The notes under the pieces are model-generated. The model was not told the origin of the DNA and made no database searches. It saw nothing but the letters and a program-made list of their open reading frames with translations. From Kofleriaceae bacterium (lineage in GTDB: Bacteria; Myxococcota_A; Polyangia; Haliangiales; Haliangiaceae): a stretch of 64,000 nucleotides of DNA. The stretch is from positions 128,001 through 192,000 of the forward strand of contig CBDCCZ010000054.1 in assembly GCA_965215005.1 (NCBI GenBank), in the 5' to 3' direction. Shown here one piece after another: positions 42,252 to 49,923 of this stretch (the first letter of the stretch is position 1; every line of letters begins with the position of its first letter). The position numbers and the translations under genes were made by a program.

Positions 42252-43340
42252 TCAACCCTTGGGGATACCAAGCGCAACGGCGGCCGCGTCCATCACGGTG
42301 CGGCGCAGCTCGCGGATGCCCTCGCGCTCGCGGCGCGGGTGCACGCGGTTGCTGAGGAGCACGACGTAGCGGCCGCCGCGAGGGTCGAGCCAAATGGAAC
42401 AACCGGTGAAGCCGAGATGGCCGACGCCCTCGCGCGGCCACAGATCGCCGGCTAGAGACGGGGCGACTCGCGACGGCGTATCCCAGCCGAGGCGCCAGGT
42501 GGTATCGGGGGCGGCAGCGTGGGTGAAAAAGTGCCGAACGACCGAGGGCGCGAAGATGCCGGTGTGCTCGCCGCTCGCCGCGACCAGCAGGGCACGCGCA
42601 AACGCCGCTAAATCGCCGGCGCTGGAGAACAGGCCTGCATGGCCAAAGACGCCACCGCCGGCGTGAGCATTCTCGTCATGCACCTCGCCGTGCACCAAGC
42701 CGCGACGCGGACAACGCTCTGTAGGCGCGACGGGGTGCACGAACGATTCGGGCGTGGCGTCGAGATTGGCGTAGCGGGTACTGGTCATCGCTAGCGGCTC
42801 GGTAATCCACGACGAAACCAAGGTATCTAGCGGTTGGCCGAGAGCGCGCTCGAGCACCGCGCCCATGAGAATCATGCCTAGGTCGCTATACAGGGCGCGA
42901 GTCCCAGGCTCATAGGCCAATGGCGTGGCGGCGGCCATGCGGATGAGCGCCTCATGACGACTATTGGCGTGCGCGCTTTCGCCGGCCCAGAGCCGGCGAA
43001 ATAGCTCGACATGCGCTGGCAAGCCCGAGGCGTGGCCGACGAGGTGGGCGAGCTGGATGCGTTGTGCGCCGTCTGCGGTGAGCTCGGGCAGCCAACGCGA
43101 CGCGAGCTGATCGAGCTCGAGATGGCCTTCCGCAACCGCGCGCATCAAAACCGCCGCGACGATTGGTTTCGTGATCGATGCGATGTCGTAGATGGTGGCG
43201 ACGGTCACCGGCACCGCAGCGAGATCGGCATCGGCTGTGGTGCCCACTGCGAGTTGCTCCAGCGCGCCATTGATATCGCCATAGTCGAGCACGGCACCTG
43301 GCGTGACGCCCCGAGCCGCCTCCTGCAGCAGGGTTCTCAC
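42252..43340 (-). CDS. Serine hydrolase, beta-lactamase-related
   Basis: SITK (SxxK), HASGLP, YSDLG, GEVHDEN, GHAGLFS, GHLGFTG. Confidence 0.9.
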   Translation of the reverse strand: MRTLLQEAARGVTPGAVLDYGDINGALEQLAVGTTADADLAAVPVTVATIYDIASITKPIVAAVLMRAVAEGHLELDQLASRWLPELTADGAQRIQLAHLVGHASGLPAHVELFRRLWAGESAHANSRHEALIRMAAATPLAYEPGTRALYSDLGMILMGAVLERALGQPLDTLVSSWITEPLAMTSTRYANLDATPESFVHPVAPTERCPRRGLVHGEVHDENAHAGGGVFGHAGLFSSAGDLAAFARALLVAASGEHTGIFAPSVVRHFFTHAAAPDTTWRLGWDTPSRVAPSLAGDLWPREGVGHLGFTGCSIWLDPRGGRYVVLLSNRVHPRREREGIRELRRTVMDAAAVALGIPKG

Positions 43341-43598
43341 GCCGGCCCCCTCGGTTCGGCGGCTGCGCGGCTCGGGGACGAGCCGGGTCGATGCGGCGCG
43401 TTTTGATGCGTAGGGGATGTATGTGCTGGAGCGCGGTCGGAGGTCAGCGTGGTGTGAAGTGGGTGAGGGTCGAGGCTGTCCGAGGATCGTCCTGGGACGG
43501 CAACGTGGGTGCAGTGCTGCGGCTCTCGGCGCCGCCGAAAAAGTCGACTGCTCGCGCCGAACCGGACGCGTTCCCGGTGTGTTAGGCTGGCTCCGGGC

Positions 43599-45284
43599 AT
43601 GACGCGGTACGAGCTGCTCGAGAGGATCGGCGCCGGGGGGATGGCCGAGATCTTCCGCGGCAAGGCCGTCGCGGCGGGTGGCTTTGAGAAGCCCGTGGCG
43701 ATCAAGCGCATCCTGCCGACGCTGAGCCAGGACAAGCGGTTCGTCGAGCTTCTCATTGCCGAAGCCAATATCCTCTCCCAGCTGCGTCATCGCAACATCG
43801 TGCAGATTTTCGATGTCGGGCTAGGCGACGACGGCCAGTACTTCTTGGTGATGGAGTTCGTCGAGGGCGCGGACGTTAGCCTCTTGCAGCGCACGATTGA
43901 GGCGCGGCGAAAGCGACTGCCGGCGGATCTGGCGCTGCATGTCGGTGCGGAAGTGTGTGATGCCCTCGACTATGCGCATCGAGCCCGCGCTTCCGATGGC
44001 AAAGCGCTGCGCCTGGTTCATCGCGACGTCTCGCCCAGCAACATCCTTCTGTCTAAGAGCGGCGAGGTGAAGCTTTCAGACTTCGGCATCGCCAAGCGAC
44101 CGGAGGAAAGCACCGGCCACGGTGGCGTTCGCGGCAAGTACGCCTACATCGCGCCGGAGCAGGCTTCCAATCTTCACGTCGACGCTCGCAGCGACGTGTA
44201 CGCGCTGGGTATCGTGTTGTTCGAGTTGGTCACCGGGCGGCGCTTGTTCTCCCATCTGCCCGACTTCGACGCGTTGCGTGCGGTTCGCGAAGGGCACGTG
44301 CCTCGGCCGCGTGAGATCGATAGCAGCATCGCCGCGGAGCTCGAGCGCATCCTTCTGAAGGCGCTCGCGCGCGAGCCCGAGGATCGCTACGCGAGCGCCG
44401 GTGAGCTCGGCGCCGAGTTGCGCGCCTTTCGCTACGCACTCCCCGAGACCGGCGGTGATCCCGCCAGTGAAATTGCCCGCATCGTGCGAGCGATTGGCGG
44501 TCGCGAGGAAAAGAAGCCGGCGCGAGCGCCACGCGGCAAGCGCGCCCGGTTCGACTTATCGGAGCAAGAGCCGACGGTGGTGCGAATTCAGACCGCGGCT
44601 GGATTCTCGACTGGCATGGAGGCGCGAGTACTGGCGAGCCCGCACGCTCGCGGCGACTTCGACGACGAGGAGACGCGGGCGATGTCGCGGCCGCCTCTCG
44701 AGCCCAGCGCTGACCTCGAGGCGCTGCTCGGCGTTCAGCCGGTCGAGCATGTCGACGTCGAGCTGAGCGAGGCAGAAACGCGGCTCTTCGACACCAGCGA
44801 TGTCGACGAGGAAGGCCCTGCAACGGTCGAAACTCCCACCCATGAGATCCAGGCAATGCACGAGGTGCAGATCGCCGCGGCGCTCGACCGTGCGGCAACA
44901 CCGACAGTGCGCGACTTTTTTCACCGCGGCGGCATGCTCGACCGCGATACTCCGCTCGGCCAGGGGCCGCCGAGCACCGGCGCCATCGTTCTGCCGGCGC
45001 CTGCGCGGCCGGTCGTGCGACGCCGCGGGCGCGTGTTGCTGCTGTCGCTTGCGGCGGTGGCCGTGGCCGCGGGCTCCTTCGTCCTCGCAGGCACCCTTTT
45101 GGCCAACGGCGACGACGCCCTTCCCGCCGCGTCTCTCGTCGACGCAGGGGTTGTTGACGCCGCTTCCCGAACGCTCGAGATGCCGCCCGACGACTTGCAG
45201 GTTGACGCCGCGCCCGCCAAACAAACGCCGCAGAAGCGCTCGAAAGGCTCCAAGGGTCGCAAGCGGCGCCCGCCGGCGCGCTGA
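43599..45284 (+). CDS. Ser/Thr protein kinase
   Basis: GAGGMA, AIKRI, HRDVSPSN, DFG, GKYAYIAPE; TM near C-terminus. Confidence 0.93.
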   Translation: MTRYELLERIGAGGMAEIFRGKAVAAGGFEKPVAIKRILPTLSQDKRFVELLIAEANILSQLRHRNIVQIFDVGLGDDGQYFLVMEFVEGADVSLLQRTIEARRKRLPADLALHVGAEVCDALDYAHRARASDGKALRLVHRDVSPSNILLSKSGEVKLSDFGIAKRPEESTGHGGVRGKYAYIAPEQASNLHVDARSDVYALGIVLFELVTGRRLFSHLPDFDALRAVREGHVPRPREIDSSIAAELERILLKALAREPEDRYASAGELGAELRAFRYALPETGGDPASEIARIVRAIGGREEKKPARAPRGKRARFDLSEQEPTVVRIQTAAGFSTGMEARVLASPHARGDFDDEETRAMSRPPLEPSADLEALLGVQPVEHVDVELSEAETRLFDTSDVDEEGPATVETPTHEIQAMHEVQIAAALDRAATPTVRDFFHRGGMLDRDTPLGQGPPSTGAIVLPAPARPVVRRRGRVLLLSLAAVAVAAGSFVLAGTLLANGDDALPAASLVDAGVVDAASRTLEMPPDDLQVDAAPAKQTPQKRSKGSKGRKRRPPAR

Positions 45285-45374
45285 GCCTGTTACTCCTGGT
45301 GCCGGAATTGCCACGTGAGCAGTGGACACCCAGCCGCGGAGCGAGCGCTCTCCGATGGTCATCAGGTCCTTTCG

Positions 45375-45944
45375 TCAGCTCGTCGCCAGCGTCGTATCTC
45401 CGGTCACGGCGAGGTACGGAGCAAGCTTCTTGACGGTCTTATAACCAAAGCCCTTCACCCGACGCAGATCGAGGATTCTCGTGAAGCGGCCTCGACGTCG
45501 ACGAAACTCGAGGATGCGCTCGGCCTTGGCCGGTCCGATACCCGGCAGCAAGATGAGCTGCTCGGCGGTGGCGGTGTTGAGGTTCACCTTGCCCGTGAGT
45601 GTCTTTGTCCCGCTCTTGATAGCCCCGCTCGTCGCGGCATCCCTGGCGGAAGCGCTCTCGCGCGCATCGCTCGCAGTCTGCCCGGCGTCGGACCGATCAT
45701 CTCGCACCGATGCAGACGATCGCTCCCCCGGACCAGCTTCGTCGCGTGCTGGCAGCCGCTGCGCTCGCATCGGTGGAGCCACGACTCCAGCCGTGCTATT
45801 GGCGCGGGCCTCGCGACTTGCCGACCAGGTGGCCGTGCCGATGCAGGTCGCTGCGCATAGCGCCAGCGTTGCGAGCAAGCGCCGCACGCGATGCTGCTTG
45901 GGCGGCGCTTGCAGTTCCATTTGTGATTCCATCCGTTGCTCCAT
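45375..45944 (-). CDS. comEA: ComEA-family HhH DNA-binding protein
   Basis: N-terminal hydrophobic segment; KVNLNTATAEQLILLPGIGPAKA..VKGFG; start could be 45944, 45932 or 45920. Confidence 0.88.
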   Translation of the reverse strand: MEQRMESQMELQAPPKQHRVRRLLATLALCAATCIGTATWSASREARANSTAGVVAPPMRAQRLPARDEAGPGERSSASVRDDRSDAGQTASDARESASARDAATSGAIKSGTKTLTGKVNLNTATAEQLILLPGIGPAKAERILEFRRRRGRFTRILDLRRVKGFGYKTVKKLAPYLAVTGDTTLATS

Positions 45945-45959
45945 TCGCTCTGCTCGAAG

Positions 45960-46023
45960 GCCCCTGCAACCACAGACTCCGTGCAGGTCTCCCAACGGAG
46001 TTTGCCGGCAGGGATGCAGGGGC
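45960..46023. promoter_or_regulatory. Long imperfect hairpin upstream of comEA
   Basis: gcccctgca/tgcaggggc outer stem and cagactccgt/acggagtttg inner stem. Confidence 0.55.
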
Positions 46024-46138
46024 GGAACTCAACCGTCGATGGCCTCCGCAGGTACAGCGAACGCCAAATCTCGCGATCTCGCCCGCTCACGCCATCCGCG
46101 GGCGGACGAGATCGGCCGATTCCTCTGCTACGAAGTTG

Positions 46139-46414
46139 CTAGAACGGCAGCTCATCGTGGCCTTGGCTCGAGCCATTGGCCGCGCTCAGCTCGGGTGGAG
46201 CTGGGGTGATGGCTGCGTCACCGTTGCCGCGCGCGAGATCGCGTTCGTCGAGTCCTCGTAGCTGCAGCTTGCCGTTCTGGGGATACGCGTCGAGATAGAT
46301 GTTGATGCTGTCGTCGCGATTGCGAAACGCGGTGCCCAAACGCATCCAGAAGGTTTTGCCGTTCTTGCCCTCGATGGGACAGAGCACTTTCATCATGGTC
46401 GTGTTTGCTTGCAT
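46139..46414 (-). CDS. Small putative ssDNA-binding protein with SSB-like acidic tail
   Basis: [26 protein letters not shown] core; disordered linker; C-terminus HDELPF. Confidence 0.75.
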   Translation of the reverse strand: MQANTTMMKVLCPIEGKNGKTFWMRLGTAFRNRDDSINIYLDAYPQNGKLQLRGLDERDLARGNGDAAITPAPPELSAANGSSQGHDELPF

Positions 46415-46427
46415 GGGATGGGTCCAT

Positions 46428-46443
46428 CGCAAGCGCGGTGCCA
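46428..46443 (-). promoter_or_regulatory. Sigma54 -24/-12 promoter
   Basis: Minus strand TGGCACCGCGCTTGCG, matching TGGCAC-N5-TTGC. Confidence 0.7.
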
Positions 46444-46576
46444 CGCGTAACCAGTCGTAATCTCGTGTCGGCTGTCCAGCGGCTCGGACACCTGGCCGAC
46501 AACCGGACGGAGCGTCCGGAGTGCGGCCCACGAACGCCCCCGCTGCCAAGGGCGCTCGTTTCGCGCAAGCGAGTAC

Positions 46577-47935
46577 CTAGCGGCGGTCGACCACCCGAGC
46601 AGAGGCGATCGATGCGCGTGCGATGAGCAAAACGGCTGCTAACGGCAAAGCCAGATTTCCGACCAACTGAGCGAGCTCAGCAACGGATTGGCGCAGGAAG
46701 TGCGTGGATAGCTCGAGATCACCCGCCACACGCTCCGTCTCCAGCACACCTGCCATGATCCCGATCAATCCGTAGAGCAGCGTCGCTAGCGTTCTTCGCG
46801 AGCTCAGGCGCACCAACTCGATGCCTGCCCAGACGCCAAAGACCGCGGCCGTCGTGCCGAGCCAAAGCGCACCTTGCGTGACGCTATCGGCGCTGCTGCC
46901 GCGGCTGGTGGCCTCGGCTAAGCCCCAGACGTAATGGCCAAATAGGCTCGCGACCGCGTTACTACCGTTGAACGCGAGCAGAACCCAGCCGAGGGCCGTG
47001 AATCCCGAGTCGGGCGCTCGCTCGCGACGGACCATTGTGCCACCACCCTCGAGCTCGAGATGCGCCAGGCTACGCGCGCGGATGAACTGCGAGACGGCGT
47101 GCGGCCATAGGCCCAAGAACACCACTACGAGAACCGGGGAGAACAGCGTGAAAGCAGGATGTGCACCGATGATCAGGAAGATCACTGCAACGCCGACGGC
47201 GGCGAGGATCGACGTCATGAGCCCAAACTTGCCGTAGCGGAACGCCTGATCTTCGAAGCGCTCCGGTGAGGCACCGCGCACACCCAAGAGCGCGGCTTGG
47301 ATGTGCAAGTAGCAGCGGGCGGCCAGCATCAGAATGATGAGACCGCTGATGACTGCCGGACCTCCGACGTCCGCAGCAAGCAACATCGTCACGAGCCCGC
47401 TCAACAGGGTGACTCCCATGGCGGCGGCGACGACCATCAGCACGGCAAGCTGTTCGTAAGCCGAGTCGCATCCTTCGGGGAGGGTGGGATCAGCGCTGCG
47501 GAGCACGTTCATCGGCAGGGCTAGCCACGCCAGCGTGGCCGGCCAGACGCACAGATACAGCGTTATGATGATAAGAAAGAGGACCGGCATGCCGGCGACG
47601 ACTAAAAGTGCTGCCGTGACGGCTGCTTGCAAGAGGGCAAATCGCACGTAGCGGCGTACCGGGACGAAAGGTCCGCCGAGCTGGCCATAGATCAACGAGC
47701 GCCCCGCTCGACGATGCAGCTCGGAACGGGTCATAGCCAGCGCCAGTAAGATGAAGCCCGAGACGCCTTCTGCGGGCCTATTGAGTAACGACAAGACCAC
47801 CGGCATCACGAAGATGAAGGCGGCAAACAGGGTGATGATGCCGCCTAGGTACATCAAAAACCCAACCGTGGTGAGGCCGCGGTCGGCCGGCTGCTGCAAC
47901 GGCGGCGTTCGCAGCAGCGTGCTCAGGCCTCTCAT
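46577..47935 (-). CDS. Polytopic membrane protein of unknown function
   Basis: AGGAG SD; about 12 hydrophobic segments with internal repeats. Confidence 0.8.
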   Translation of the reverse strand: MRGLSTLLRTPPLQQPADRGLTTVGFLMYLGGIITLFAAFIFVMPVVLSLLNRPAEGVSGFILLALAMTRSELHRRAGRSLIYGQLGGPFVPVRRYVRFALLQAAVTAALLVVAGMPVLFLIIITLYLCVWPATLAWLALPMNVLRSADPTLPEGCDSAYEQLAVLMVVAAAMGVTLLSGLVTMLLAADVGGPAVISGLIILMLAARCYLHIQAALLGVRGASPERFEDQAFRYGKFGLMTSILAAVGVAVIFLIIGAHPAFTLFSPVLVVVFLGLWPHAVSQFIRARSLAHLELEGGGTMVRRERAPDSGFTALGWVLLAFNGSNAVASLFGHYVWGLAEATSRGSSADSVTQGALWLGTTAAVFGVWAGIELVRLSSRRTLATLLYGLIGIMAGVLETERVAGDLELSTHFLRQSVAELAQLVGNLALPLAAVLLIARASIASARVVDRR

Positions 47936-48307
47936 GGCAGCTCCTGCTCGAGAGCGCGCTGCGACGATTGGCCAGTAAATACGCCGCTGCGTGACTTGTG
48001 AGCCGATTGCCGGCTGCCCCAAGGCAGGGCGCAATGGACCGCGAGCCGCTGCTCGAGCCTGCCTTTCGATGGTTCCTCAAGCGATTGCTGCGCTTCTAGC
48101 GACTCGCGACTCAGGCCGCGGTCCGCTGGGCGGCGTGAGCTATGTTTGTGCGACATCGGCCGACGCTAACGCAGCGCACGCGCTCCATTGGACGTCAAAA
48201 AGCAGTCGATGGCGGCAAAGTCCGGCAAGTTCTGCCCGGCGAGACGTCGCCCTCAGCCCCCGCACGGGGTGCGCCTTCACCGCATGGTCGGCATTCGCGC
48301 TGGAGCA

Positions 48308-49792
48308 CTATCGACCGCGGAAATAGCGCGCGCTTTGCGCGGCCGCCAGCTCGAGCATCGCGCGGCCATCTTTCTCACTCACCGACGTTGCAAACGCCAC
48401 GCGGCTGCCACTGCGGCGCAGCCGTAGCCCTGTTACTGCGGCATGGGCGCTGGCGCGCTCGAGCAGATACTTGCCGAGTCGCGACTCCGCAAAGCTGGTT
48501 CGCAGCCGCTCCAGGCTCTCGGTGAGCGCCTTGGCCTGCTCCTCGGTGGCGAACGCGGCGTTGCCGCGCACGAGGAAGCCACCCGCCGTGAGCTCGAGCG
48601 TCCCCGTGATGCGCTCGGGGCCAGGAATCGAGCCGAACCCAGGCACCCGGTACTCGTCGGCCAAGTGACCAATCGTGACCATCAGCGCTGGTCCGTCGAC
48701 CTCGCCAGACTCGCTCTCCAGCGCGGGAAGCCCGGCGAGCCAACGGGGCAACGCCACCGTGGCCTTTGCCCCAGAAAGCTCCCCAGACGCTGGTTCGAGG
48801 AGCGAGCCCAGGTGGCGTGGAGCTGCCATCACCATCCAGCCCGGCTGCGGCATCAGGAACACGCGTTCATCACCTGCTCCGATGAGAGCGGAGCGGCCCC
48901 GCCGGCCCAGCGCGCCGCCTTTGGCAACCGACCAAGCGACCGGCGCTGCAGGATGATTGAGCAGCGCGCGCAGCTCATCGTCCCTACCCGAGCGGGCATG
49001 AGCCGCCAACGTGGTTTCGGCGATGACGCGAGGATCAGGTGTAGACACCACCAACGTGTCGAACAGCGACGCCAGGTCGACCTTGCGACCGCCCACCAGG
49101 TTGCGGTAGTCGGGCAGCGGCGCGAGCACGTCATTAGCGAGTGCCGCCCACTTGGTGTCACGGATGCGATCGAACCGTATGAGCACCGTGACCACGTCGC
49201 CAGCGGGCATGTAGCTCAGGAGATTGGCTCCAGTGCCAGGGAACGGATCACCGCCGGGCGATGCCGACGCGGCAACCTCGCCACCCGAAGCCGCTGGTGG
49301 TGCGATTGGCGGAGCGTTCGGAAGAGCTCCAACCGCCACGGCGCCAAGGTCACCGTCGACCACGATATCGAGCGCTTGATCGGCCAGAGCCCCTTCGTCG
49401 GGCTGGGGTTGCTCTTCGGCGATCACAGGCTCCTCGATGGCTGGCACCCCGGCGTCGGTTCGCTGCCAAGCGTCGGCGACCTCGCGAACGCCTGCGTCGG
49501 TGGGAACCGCTATCCCGGCGGTGGGCTCGGCCGGTGTTGGTGCTGCCGGCGCTGGCTCAGGTGCTGCTACGGGCGCGGGCGCCGCCGCTTCGAGCGCTTC
49601 GGGCTCGGGAACCGCCGGCGCCACGTCGGTATCGAAGTCGACGACCAGCGGTTCTTCGACGGGCGCGTTGGGCTGCGGAGCTGTCGCTCGCATCACCGTG
49701 GCGATACCTACGTGCAGGAGCAGCGAGGTCATCAGCGCAGCCGCGAGAATTTGAGTGTGATGGATCCGCAAAGCGAGCTCACGAAGTAACAA
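48308..49792 (-). CDS. Membrane-anchored protein with TonB-like SxxxH anchor and Pro/Ala linker
   Basis: TM with SLLLH, long P/A/E-rich linker, C-terminal globular domain. Confidence 0.75.
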   Translation of the reverse strand: MLLRELALRIHHTQILAAALMTSLLLHVGIATVMRATAPQPNAPVEEPLVVDFDTDVAPAVPEPEALEAAAPAPVAAPEPAPAAPTPAEPTAGIAVPTDAGVREVADAWQRTDAGVPAIEEPVIAEEQPQPDEGALADQALDIVVDGDLGAVAVGALPNAPPIAPPAASGGEVAASASPGGDPFPGTGANLLSYMPAGDVVTVLIRFDRIRDTKWAALANDVLAPLPDYRNLVGGRKVDLASLFDTLVVSTPDPRVIAETTLAAHARSGRDDELRALLNHPAAPVAWSVAKGGALGRRGRSALIGAGDERVFLMPQPGWMVMAAPRHLGSLLEPASGELSGAKATVALPRWLAGLPALESESGEVDGPALMVTIGHLADEYRVPGFGSIPGPERITGTLELTAGGFLVRGNAAFATEEQAKALTESLERLRTSFAESRLGKYLLERASAHAAVTGLRLRRSGSRVAFATSVSEKDGRAMLELAAAQSARYFRGR

Positions 49793-49923
49793 CGGTGACT
49801 GAAGGCCGATGGTGCCCTAGAGGTGGCCGCTCCTGCTAGGCGGCGCAGGGTAAGCAAATGTATGGCTTAACTGCGGCTCTCGCGTCGGCGACAGGCGATG
49901 GCCGAGCTTGCTACGCTCCACTC

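Noticed and set aside
42252..43790. 512 aa N-terminally extended beta-lactamase-like ORF (and similar extensions of rtcB, pafC, TPR, DUF2330 and IYD genes)
   Set aside because: Extensions overlap neighbouring genes or are low-complexity; downstream starts fit better
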